Below are positions 39,130 through 47,827 of a stretch of DNA of 64,000 nucleotides, piece by piece. The stretch is from assembly GCA_963767005.1 (NCBI GenBank), contig CAVYCN010000003.1:384001-448000 (forward strand), in the 5' to 3' direction. A program made the translations under genes and the position numbers. The notes beneath the pieces were generated by a model. That model searched no databases. It had not been told where the DNA came from and saw nothing but the letters and a program-made list of their open reading frames with translations. Numbering within the stretch: the first letter of the stretch is position 1; each line of letters begins with the position of its first letter. Source of the DNA: an uncultured Actinomycetes bacterium (GTDB taxonomy: Bacteria; Actinomycetota; Thermoleophilia; UBA2241).

Positions 39130-39983
39130 GCGACCGGCTGCCGCCGCCCACGGCGGACTGTGGCGACGCGCGTCCCGGCGACGGCGCGACGCCGGTCGAC
39201 GCCGGGGTCCGCCGCCTGCTGTCGGACTTTCGCAGCCTGCTCGGCCCCGGACCGCGGCCGCGCATCGACGGTCTCGAGGTCGAGTGCCTCTATCGCACGC
39301 GCGGCGACGACGACCGCTCGGAGCTGCCCGAGATCGAGGGTTTCGGCGGCGACTTCGTCGACTTCTTCCGGCCGGGCTCGCTCGCCCAGCTCGTCGTCAC
39401 CATGGGTGACGTGCGCGGCAAGGGCGTCGGCGCCGCCGCTCGCGCGATCGCCGTCAAGTACGTGACGCGCGCGCTCCTGGCCGTGCAGCGCTGGCCGCTC
39501 ATGCCGGGCGAGGCCCTGCGCGACGTCCACAACGCCCTGCTCGCCGTGCCCCACGAGCCGCACGACTTCGTCACGCTGTGCATCGCCTCGATCGACGCGC
39601 GCAGCGGCAGCGTCGGCCTCGCCACCGCCGGCCACCCGGCGCCCATCGTCCTGCGCGCCCACGGCCTCGAGCGCCCCCTGCTGCTCGCCAACCCCGCGAT
39701 CGGCGTGACCGAGGAAGCCGAGCTGCAGGCCCTCTCGACCGACTACGTCGAGCTCGCTCCGGGCGACGCCCTGCTCCTCTACACCGACGGGCTGTCCGAC
39801 GCGCGCGACGCCGAGGGCCGCTACTACGAGGACGCCCGCCTCGAAGAGGCTCTCGAGGAGCTGCGCGGCCTGCCGGCGGCGCAGCTCCTCGAGAGCCTCT
39901 TCGCCGACGCCGCCCGCTTCGCCGGACACGCGCCCGCCGACGACGTCGCCCTCGTGCTGATCAGACGGACCGGCGGCGACTGA
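39126..39983 (+). CDS. Stand-alone PP2C/SpoIIE-family protein phosphatase
   Basis: GGDFVD, GDVRGKG, AGHP, YTDGLSDA, DDVAL. Confidence 0.92.
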   Translation: MSDRLPPPTADCGDARPGDGATPVDAGVRRLLSDFRSLLGPGPRPRIDGLEVECLYRTRGDDDRSELPEIEGFGGDFVDFFRPGSLAQLVVTMGDVRGKGVGAAARAIAVKYVTRALLAVQRWPLMPGEALRDVHNALLAVPHEPHDFVTLCIASIDARSGSVGLATAGHPAPIVLRAHGLERPLLLANPAIGVTEEAELQALSTDYVELAPGDALLLYTDGLSDARDAEGRYYEDARLEEALEELRGLPAAQLLESLFADAARFAGHAPADDVALVLIRRTGGD

Positions 39984-40151
39984 GCGCCGCGGCGCGAGAA
40001 GACGCCGGCGTCAGCCGCGGCGCAGACCACAAAAGGGCTTTAGTGCCGCCGGGATCGGCCGATACACGGGAGCAACACGGCTGAGGAGCAGGCGACGGAC
40101 GGACCAAGGCAAGGCGCGGGGCTTTCGCGCTGGCGACAACAGGATGGCTTC

Positions 40152-40541
40152 GTGCGCGAAGCCGTGCAGATCGCCGCGGTCATCGTCATCCTGGCCGTGC
40201 TCGTGCTCGACGGCGTCGCGGTCGTGCAGACCTCGCTCGGCGTCCGCCAGAACGCCACCGACGCCGCCAACCAGGCTCTCTCGACCTACGTACAGACCGA
40301 GAGCACCGACATGGCCATGCAGAGCGCCTCGACCTTCCTCAAGCTCCACGACGCTGTGCTGCTGCGCAGCGAGAGCACCCTGGACAAGAACAACGACCCG
40401 TCACAGTCGAGGGTCACGATCACGGCCGCCAAGACGCCCCACACCTACGTCTTCCACTACTTCCAGGCGCTGCCCTGGGGCATCGGGCCCTGGTTCCACA
40501 AGATCCTCCACCCCCAGGCCACCGAGACCAACGCGAGCTGA
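40152..40541 (+). CDS. Hypothetical membrane-anchored protein, possibly TadE/pilin-like; real start may be upstream (ACG 40095)
   Basis: Hydrophobic N-terminal helix then ATDAANQA; the upstream frame reads RWRQQDG|F. Confidence 0.6.
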   Translation: MREAVQIAAVIVILAVLVLDGVAVVQTSLGVRQNATDAANQALSTYVQTESTDMAMQSASTFLKLHDAVLLRSESTLDKNNDPSQSRVTITAAKTPHTYVFHYFQALPWGIGPWFHKILHPQATETNAS

Positions 40542-40551
40542 CGCGGCCGGC

Positions 40552-41025
40552 CTACCAGTCGTCGTCCTCGACGGCCGGCGGCCGCGAGCCCCCCTCGAGA
40601 TAGCCGCGCACCTCGGCACGCACCAGCAGATCGAGGAAGCCGTCGACCTGGCGCATCTCGTCCATGGTCTCGCCGAACGCCGGCAGATCGCCCATGACGA
40701 GCGCGTCGACCAGGACCTTCCAGATCGCGTCGCGGATCTGCTGCAGCCCGGCCAGCACGTCGCCGAGGTCGAACCCGAGGGCGCCGCGGCGCGCGGCGTC
40801 GGCGGCGACCTCGCTCTCGATGCGGCGGATGACCGACGGCACCTCGTAGGCCTCGGCCTGCGAGAGGGCGACCAGATCGTCGACGATGTGGCGCACGAGC
40901 CGCACCCCCAGGGGGCTCGACAGCACGTCGAGGTACTCCGGCCCGACGACATCCCTGAGAGCGACGACCCAGTTGCCGTGCAACTCGTCGCGGCGGTCGC
41001 GCAGGAGCAGGGCGAGCTGTCTCAC
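40552..41025 (-). CDS. Stand-alone RsbRD-N-like helical domain protein
   Basis: LRDRRDELHGNW...AARRGALGFDLGDVL...IRDAIW pattern; GTGA overlap with larB. Confidence 0.6.
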   Translation of the reverse strand: MRQLALLLRDRRDELHGNWVVALRDVVGPEYLDVLSSPLGVRLVRHIVDDLVALSQAEAYEVPSVIRRIESEVAADAARRGALGFDLGDVLAGLQQIRDAIWKVLVDALVMGDLPAFGETMDEMRQVDGFLDLLVRAEVRGYLEGGSRPPAVEDDDW

Positions 41026-41813
41026 GGTGTCCTCCGGGCGATCAGGGCGGCGGTCACACCGGCGCCGACGCCGTTGTCGATGTTGACGACGGAGAGGCCC
41101 GGCGAGCAGCTCTGCAGCATGCCGAGCAGGGCGGCCTCGCCGCGGCCGCCGAAGCCGTAGCCGGTCGACACCGGCAGGCCGATCACCGGCACGTCGACGA
41201 GCCCGCAGACGACCGAGGGCAGCGCGCCCTCCATGCCGGCCGCGACGACGAAGGCGCCGACCCCGGCCGCCGCCATGTCGCGCAGGGGGCGCGCCAGGCG
41301 ATGCACGCCGGCCACACCGACGTCGTAGGCGGTCAGCACCTCGACGCCCATCTCGCGGCACACGATGGCGGCCTCGTCGGCGATGCCGACGTCGCTTGTG
41401 CCGCCGGCCAGCACACCCACCACGCCGCTCGGCTCGGGCGCCCGCCAGTCCGGGCGGCGCACCACGAGCACGCTCGCCCGCTTGTGCCACTCGAGCGTGC
41501 CGCCCGGCGGCGCGGCGACGGCGGCCGCCTGCTCGGGCGACACCTTGCTCGCCACCACGGCCGGCGCGGCAGCCGCGAAGGAGGCGACGATGGCGGCGAA
41601 CTGGTCGACCGTCTTGCCGGCACCGAAGACGATCTCGGGGACGCCCTTGCGCTGGGCGCGGCCGACGTCGAGGCAGGCGAAGTCGTCGATCGTCGCGACG
41701 CCGAGCGCGGCGAGGCCGGCGGCGGCGGCGTCGACGCTCGTGCGTCCGGCCGCCACGTCGGCCAGCAGGGCCCGCAGGTCGTCGGCTGGAGTCAGAGGTC
41801 CGTTCACGGTCAC
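41022..41813 (-). CDS. larB: Nickel-pincer cofactor biosynthesis protein LarB (PurE-related)
   Basis: RKGVPEIVFGAGKT, GGTSD, DVGVAGVHRL, AGMEGALPSVV, PVSTGYG, CSPGLSVVNIDNG. Confidence 0.93.
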   Translation of the reverse strand: MTVNGPLTPADDLRALLADVAAGRTSVDAAAAGLAALGVATIDDFACLDVGRAQRKGVPEIVFGAGKTVDQFAAIVASFAAAAPAVVASKVSPEQAAAVAAPPGGTLEWHKRASVLVVRRPDWRAPEPSGVVGVLAGGTSDVGIADEAAIVCREMGVEVLTAYDVGVAGVHRLARPLRDMAAAGVGAFVVAAGMEGALPSVVCGLVDVPVIGLPVSTGYGFGGRGEAALLGMLQSCSPGLSVVNIDNGVGAGVTAALIARRTP

Positions 41814-41951
41814 GCCCACTCCCTTACGAAGACCAAGCATACCCTGCCGCGCCGCGCCCCCGCACGCAAACGGACGAAGGTCTTCGAAAGGCTCCCGTGA
41901 TTCCTGTATCCTTCGTCATTACCCACCAGACGGAAGAGCCCGAGGACCGCC

Positions 41952-43454
41952 ATCTCGCTCGCAGCGCATCATCGCACCTGGATCGTCGCGATCGTCGCGC
42001 TGGCCGTCGTCGCCACCTTCGTCGCCTTCGACCTCGTCAGGGCGCCGCGCATCGCCGCGGTCACGCCCGGCCCCGGCTCGAGCCAGCCACGCGACTCGCT
42101 GCTCGTCACCGTCGTCCTGCCCGGCGCGCAGCACCTGCACGACCTGACGGTGCGACTCGACGGTCGCGACGTGACGGGCGGCGTCGAGAGCCAGTCGGAC
42201 AGGCTCTACTTCTCGACCGGCCGCCTCGCGCAGGGCGCCCACACCGTGAGCCTCACGGCGCACACGTCCGACCTGCTGCGGCCGAGCGTGTCCAAGACCT
42301 GGCGGTTCAGCGTCGATACGATCGCCCCGATCCTCGAACTGACCTCGGTGCGCAGCGGGGCGATCGTCACCTCGCGGCCGGCGCGCTTCGCCGGCACGAC
42401 CGAGCCCGGAGCCACGGTCGTGGCCCGCTGCGGCGCCCTGACGGCCCGCACGCGCGCTCCGGCGAGCGGCGCGTTCAGCCTCGACCTCGCGCTGCCCGAC
42501 GGCCATGCCCGCGTCGTGGTCACGGCCACCGACCGGGCGGGCAACGCGACCGACGTGTGGCGCGCCGTGCTGGTCGACGCCACCGCGCCCAGCCTGGTCG
42601 TGAGCGGCATCGAGAAGGTCGAGACCGACGACACGCCGAAGGCCGTGGTGCTCGCCAGCGACGCGGCCGGCACGCCGCACGTCGTGATGGTCCTGGACGG
42701 TCATCGCATCGTGAGTCAGCAGACGTCGAGCCGCATCGCCATCCCCTTCGACAAGCTGCCCGAGGGGCTGCACACGCTGGTCGTCACGGCGACCGATCCG
42801 GGCCGCCACGTGACGACCTACCGCTCCCGGTTCCTCGTGAACAGCACCGAGAAGCTGGGCAAGGCGACACTCGTCTACGGCGCGCGCGGCCGCGACGTCA
42901 AGCAGCTCCAGCATCGCCTGCGCAGTCAGGGTTACTACCGCGGCCGCCTCACCGGCGTGCTCGACCACCGCACGGTCGCGGCCGTCGAGCGTTTCCAGAG
43001 GGCCATCGGCATCGCGGCCGACGGCATCGTCGGGCCGCAGATGATCGGCGGCCTGTCCGGGCGCATCGTCGTGGTCCAGCACGAGCATCGCCTGTACTTC
43101 TACCTGAACGGCAAGCTCAAGAAGTCGTATCCCGTGGCGACCGGCCAGCCGGCCTACCCGACCCCGAACGGCACGACGTTCGTGACCTGGATGACCAAGG
43201 ACCCGACCTGGACGCCGCCCGACTCGCCCTGGGCGGCCGGCGCCAAGCCCGTCGCGCCGGGCCCCGACAACCCGGTCGGCATGCGCTGGATCGGCACCGG
43301 GTTCAACGGCGTCGGCATCCACGGCGTCTCGGCCTCCGAGGACTACTCGATCGGCAGCTACGCGTCGCACGGCTGCATCCGCATGTACGAGTGGGATGTC
43401 GAGCAGCTCTACGACTGGGTGAGCGTCGGCATGCCGATCATCGTCAAGCCGTAG
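41952..43454 (+). CDS. L,D-transpeptidase with N-terminal TM, Ig-like domains and peptidoglycan-binding domain
   Basis: DVKQLQHRL...FQ...ADGIVG PG-binding domain; YPVATG, PTP, GIHG, SHGCIRM; the frame extends upstream of GTG 42150 to ATC 41952. Confidence 0.88.
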   Translation: MSLAAHHRTWIVAIVALAVVATFVAFDLVRAPRIAAVTPGPGSSQPRDSLLVTVVLPGAQHLHDLTVRLDGRDVTGGVESQSDRLYFSTGRLAQGAHTVSLTAHTSDLLRPSVSKTWRFSVDTIAPILELTSVRSGAIVTSRPARFAGTTEPGATVVARCGALTARTRAPASGAFSLDLALPDGHARVVVTATDRAGNATDVWRAVLVDATAPSLVVSGIEKVETDDTPKAVVLASDAAGTPHVVMVLDGHRIVSQQTSSRIAIPFDKLPEGLHTLVVTATDPGRHVTTYRSRFLVNSTEKLGKATLVYGARGRDVKQLQHRLRSQGYYRGRLTGVLDHRTVAAVERFQRAIGIAADGIVGPQMIGGLSGRIVVVQHEHRLYFYLNGKLKKSYPVATGQPAYPTPNGTTFVTWMTKDPTWTPPDSPWAAGAKPVAPGPDNPVGMRWIGTGFNGVGIHGVSASEDYSIGSYASHGCIRMYEWDVEQLYDWVSVGMPIIVKP

Positions 43455-43469
43455 CGGAGATGGTGACGC

Positions 43470-44759
43470 GTGGCTGACATCCGGCCCTTCTCCGGCCTGC
43501 GGTACGACCCGGCACGCGTGCCCCTGGCCGACGTCGCCTGCCCGCCCTACGACGTGATCGCGCCCGCCGCCGCCGACGCGCTACGCCGGCGCAGCCCCTA
43601 CAACGCCGTGCACCTCGAGCTGCCGCAGGCGCCGGCCGGCGGGTCGGCCGACCGCTACCGCGCCGCCGCCGACCTTCTCGCGGCCTGGCGCGCCGACGGT
43701 GTGCTGCGTGCCGACGGCGAGCCGGCCCTGTACCTCGTCGACCAGACCTTCACCGGCCCCGACAGCTGCGAGCGCACCCGGCGCGGCTTCGTCTGCCTGC
43801 TGCGCCTCGAAGACTTCGGCGCGCGCGTCGTGCTGCCGCACGAACGCACGCACGCCGGCCCCAAAGTCGACCGTCTCGAGCTCCTGCGCGCCACTCACGC
43901 CAACCTGAGCCAGGTCTTCATGCTCTACCCGGACCCGGAGCACGACGTCGGGCGGGCGCTGGCGGCGGCGGCGCCGCCGCCCTCGCCCGCCCTCGAGGCG
44001 CTCGACGACGACGGCAACCTCTGCCGGCTGCGCCCGGTCACGGGCCCGGTGACCGCGCAGGTCCCGGCCCTGCTCGCCGACCGGCGACTGCTGATCGCCG
44101 ACGGCCACCACCGCTACGAGACGGCGCTCGCCTACCGCGACGAGCGCCGCGCCGCCGGCGACGCCAGCGCGGACTGGGTCATGGTGTGCCTGTCGAGCAT
44201 GGACGACCCCGGCCTCGCCATCTTCCCGACTCACCGGCTGATCAAGGGCGTGACCCTGCCGCCCACCGCCGAGCTCGTCGCCGGGCTGCGGGCCGGGTTC
44301 GACGTCACCGAGCAGCCCGGCGGCGGCGCCCTCGCCTGCGCCCCGGCCATGGAGCGGGTCAGCCGCTCCGCGGGCCCCCGCAAGGAGCTCGGTCTGTACC
44401 TGCCGGGCGAAGGCCGTTGTCTTACGCTCACGCAGCGCGCGGGAGCCGTGGAACGGCTGACCGCGCGCGGCCTCTCCCCGGCGCTCGCGCGCCTGTCGGT
44501 CACGCTCCTTGCCGAGCTCGTCTTCCGCGACGCGCTCGGCCTCGACCCCGACCGGCTCGAGGGCCGTCTCGACTTCGCCAAGAGCGTCGACGACGCCGCC
44601 GCCGCGCTCGCCGGCGGCGACTACGTGCTGGCGGCGTTCCTCGGCGCCACGCCCATGGACGAGGTCCGCGCCATCGCCGAGCGCGGCGAGACCATGCCCC
44701 AGAAGTCGACGTACTTCTACCCGAAGCTGCTGACCGGCCTGGTCTTCAACGCCCTCTAG
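43470..44759 (+). CDS. DUF1015 family protein
   Basis: PPYDVI, LPHERT, IADGHHRYETA, PTHRL, MPQKSTYFYPKLLTGL. Confidence 0.92.
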   Translation: MADIRPFSGLRYDPARVPLADVACPPYDVIAPAAADALRRRSPYNAVHLELPQAPAGGSADRYRAAADLLAAWRADGVLRADGEPALYLVDQTFTGPDSCERTRRGFVCLLRLEDFGARVVLPHERTHAGPKVDRLELLRATHANLSQVFMLYPDPEHDVGRALAAAAPPPSPALEALDDDGNLCRLRPVTGPVTAQVPALLADRRLLIADGHHRYETALAYRDERRAAGDASADWVMVCLSSMDDPGLAIFPTHRLIKGVTLPPTAELVAGLRAGFDVTEQPGGGALACAPAMERVSRSAGPRKELGLYLPGEGRCLTLTQRAGAVERLTARGLSPALARLSVTLLAELVFRDALGLDPDRLEGRLDFAKSVDDAAAALAGGDYVLAAFLGATPMDEVRAIAERGETMPQKSTYFYPKLLTGLVFNAL

Positions 44760-44774
44760 CGGGTCCGACGCGCC

Positions 44775-45413
44775 GTGGCCCTGCTCCTCATGTTCCTGTC
44801 GTCACTGCTCATCGCCTACTCGGGCGCGCTCATGCCGGGGCCCATGCTCACCGTGGTGGTCACCGAGACGCCGCGCCAGGGGGCCCGCGCCGGTCCGCTC
44901 GTCGTGCTCGGCCACGCGATCCTCGAGCTGACGCTTCTCGTGCTGCTCGTGATCGGCCTCGGCCCGCTGCTCAAGCACCACACCGTGCAGGCGGTCCTGC
45001 AGATCGCGGGCGGTGCCATGCTCATCTGGACCGCCCTCTCGATGATCGTCGCGCTCGCGCGCCGGCAGGTGAGCATCGACTGGGAGGGGCGGTCGAGCGG
45101 CGGCAGGGCGCGGGCCGTGTTGATGGGCATCCTCTCGAGCCTGGCCAATCCCTACTGGGCGCTGTGGTGGGCGACGATCGGCCTGGGGCTGCTGACCAAG
45201 GCGTACGCGCTCGGCTTCGCCGGTCTCGTGGCCTTCTACCTGGGCCACATCACCGGCGACCTCACGTGGTACTCGCTGATCAGCGGCGCCATCGCCGCCG
45301 GCAAGCGCTTCATCACCGCCCGGGTCTACGCCACGATGCTGTCGGTGGCGGCGGCGTTCCTGCTGGCCCTCGCGGCCTGGTTTCTCACTTCGGGTCTGCG
45401 GATGGCACTCTAG
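44775..45413 (+). CDS. LysE-family translocator
   Basis: SGALMPGPML, GHAILE, SLANPYW..WW.T.G, GHITGD. Confidence 0.88.
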   Translation: MALLLMFLSSLLIAYSGALMPGPMLTVVVTETPRQGARAGPLVVLGHAILELTLLVLLVIGLGPLLKHHTVQAVLQIAGGAMLIWTALSMIVALARRQVSIDWEGRSSGGRARAVLMGILSSLANPYWALWWATIGLGLLTKAYALGFAGLVAFYLGHITGDLTWYSLISGAIAAGKRFITARVYATMLSVAAAFLLALAAWFLTSGLRMAL

Positions 45414-45423
45414 GCGGGCGGTC

Positions 45424-45495
45424 GGCGGCGCGAGGCGAGGGGTGTGGGCTTGAGGGTCGTAGACCCCTCGCCCACACCCCTCGCCTCGCGCCGCC
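45424..45495. repeat. Perfect 26-bp inverted repeat with inner stem
   Basis: GGCGGCGCGAGGCGAGGGGTGTGGGC (45424-45449) pairs with 45470-45495; the loop has an additional GAGGGTC/GACCCCTC stem. Confidence 0.85.
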
Positions 45496-45759
45496 TCCGC
45501 GACTAGGCATCCTGGGGCCACTGCGCTCTCCACCGCAGCCTCGCCACGCCACGCGCGCGTCCTGCTGTGGGGATCGTCTCCGCCCTTGGCGAGAGGGCCG
45601 CTCAGGGATGGACCGCGGCGTCGGGAGCGGCGGCGCGGGCTCGTTCCCACGCCGCCGACTCCCGAACGCCTTTCGCTCGGCCACTCGCGTATGGGGCACG
45701 CGAAGGCGCGAGGGCGACGTTCGCGGTGTGGGGTCGTCGCTTCGCTAGGGCCGCAGGCC

Positions 45760-47220
45760 CTAGCGAAGCTCAGCGTCGGCGGCGGCGAGGATGCGCGTGA
45801 GCTCCTTCCGCACAGCGTCGGGCAGCGGCTCGGGCACGTGTTTGGCGTCGATCCAGGCGGCGCGCTCGCGAGCCACCTCGAGGGCGTCGCGAAAACCGCC
45901 GCTGGGCGCGGCCTGGTGGGTGATCGCTGGCACGAACGAGCTGCGCAGGTGCCGGCGTGTGTGCTTGGCGCCCAGGTAATGGCCACCCGGGCCGACCTCG
46001 CGCACGGTCTCGAGGGCGAGGGACTCGTCGCCGAGATCGAGGTCCATGACGGCGTAGCGGGCGCGGTGGTAGATGTCGTCGGCCAGCATGAGGTCGGCCG
46101 GGTCGAAGGTGGTGTACACGTTCAGCAGGCCGATGCTCGGCATGAGGTCGCTGCCCTCCCAGGCGGCCTGCACGAGGTCCATCGCGTCCTCGACGCCGGA
46201 CTGCCAGGTGCCGGCGACCTTGGCGTCAGTGCCGCAGGCGGCGGCTTCGGAGGGCACGCCCCAGTGATGGGCGAGCTCGGTGGCGAGGTAGCGGCAACGG
46301 CCGTCGAGCGGGAAGCTCACCATGGCGCCGGTGCGCGGGTCGGCGTAGCTCTGCATGATCGAGTGGGCCACCGGGGCGCCGGGGTAGGCGAGCTGCACCA
46401 GCACGGTGGCGCTCACGAGCTCGGCGGCGCCGACGGCGAAGGCGCCGGCGCGCGTCGCCGGTGCCGTGGTGCCGAGCGTCGGCATGGTGACGAACGTCAC
46501 CGGCACGCCGGCCGCCGCATAGACGAGCGCGGCCTCGATGCCGCCTTCGTCCTGCACGAGCGGTGAGACGGTGCCGATGAGGGTCGACAGGAGCGGCCGC
46601 CGGCGCAGCGTCTCGGCGCTGCCGGCCACGACGGTCGCCATCTCGACGGCGTAGCGCGCCTCGCGCTCGCCCTGGACAAAGCCCTGCAGGTGCTTGACGG
46701 TGTTGTTCCAGCCGGCGTCGAGCTCGTGGAGCTGGGCCGTCTCGCCGCAGTCGCCGGCCGAAATCGTGGGCCACCAGAAGGCCATCGACGACAGGTAGTC
46801 GAGCATGCGCGTCACACGGGCGAGGTCGGCCTTGGTCGTAGACCGCGTCACGCCGGTCTCGAAGTCGACGATCTCGGTGCCGCAGCCGTCGCTCGTGCAC
46901 CAGGTGGTGTCGTCGCTGATCGAGAAGTCGCAGGCCGGGTCGCGCGCGCCCAGGTCGAAGTAGCGCGGCGCCCTGGCCATAGCGGACAGCACGACGTCGG
47001 GCGGGAAGGTGACGACCTGGCGCTCGCGGTCGACCGGGCAGCCGTGCTCGGCGAGGATGTCGAGCGCCTTCGGCGACGGGAACCGCACGCCGACGGTCTC
47101 GAGGATGTCGAGCGTGGCCTGCTTGAGCCGGTCGAGCTCGGCGCTGCCGTGGAAGCGCGGCGTGAAGGCGCGCCTGATGGGCTCGATCGGCGGGCGCGGT
47201 TGAGTGTCGGCGTCGTCCAT
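45760..47220 (-). CDS. Trimethylamine methyltransferase (MttB) superfamily protein, non-pyrrolysine
   Basis: ILETVGVRF, AP..F.L.ARDP, SPL, GTTAPATRAG, QLAYPGAPV, TDAK, VGPGGHYL; no in-frame TAG. Confidence 0.9.
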   Translation of the reverse strand: MDDADTQPRPPIEPIRRAFTPRFHGSAELDRLKQATLDILETVGVRFPSPKALDILAEHGCPVDRERQVVTFPPDVVLSAMARAPRYFDLGARDPACDFSISDDTTWCTSDGCGTEIVDFETGVTRSTTKADLARVTRMLDYLSSMAFWWPTISAGDCGETAQLHELDAGWNNTVKHLQGFVQGEREARYAVEMATVVAGSAETLRRRPLLSTLIGTVSPLVQDEGGIEAALVYAAAGVPVTFVTMPTLGTTAPATRAGAFAVGAAELVSATVLVQLAYPGAPVAHSIMQSYADPRTGAMVSFPLDGRCRYLATELAHHWGVPSEAAACGTDAKVAGTWQSGVEDAMDLVQAAWEGSDLMPSIGLLNVYTTFDPADLMLADDIYHRARYAVMDLDLGDESLALETVREVGPGGHYLGAKHTRRHLRSSFVPAITHQAAPSGGFRDALEVARERAAWIDAKHVPEPLPDAVRKELTRILAAADAELR

Positions 47221-47827
47221 GCCCGCGATTATCCCGTACGCGCGAGTCGCGGTCCACGCTCCGTTCTTCGCCAAACTTCGCCTCGGGTGCTCCGACCGGC
47301 GCGATCCTATGACCCTCGAGCCGACACTCCGCGCCCGCGCGACCGGGCGCAGACCAAGCGCAAGGTCTCGTCCAGGGGTGGGCCGGCGTCCGGGGGGAGA
47401 CGGACGCCGGCCCGGGTCGGGGGTGGGTGGTGCGGGGGCCTTGGAGACGAGGGAAGGCGGCGGAGCGCCGTACGCCTTGACCGTCCGCCGGGGCGCCGGG
47501 AGGGGCGCGGGGACCGGCGGTCGTCGTGGCACGGTCAGGCTACGCCGGAGCGGCGCCCGTGTCGTCGGCCCCAGGGCCGAGCTCGCGGTCGCCGGCCGCC
47601 GGCGCGCGGGCGAACGTCATCCGCCTACGGGTGGAGATCGCGGCGTGGCGGACGGCAGCGCCGGCACGAGCGGCAGCGCCGCGAGAAGCGCTCGCGTCCG
47701 CCGGTCCCGCCCGCGGTCTAGCTGGAATCAGCGGGCTCGGAGCCGATAGGGTAGAGAGCGAGCGCCTGCCCCCGAAGCGCACGGGCGACGCGATGCGAGC
47801 GACCGGCACCGACCCGAGGGGGCCTGC

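Noticed and set aside
45739-45769. UAG stop of mttB inside a hairpin as a pyrrolysine read-through signal
   Set aside because: The UAG is at the normal C-terminus rather than the active-site position, and no pyl genes are in the window.
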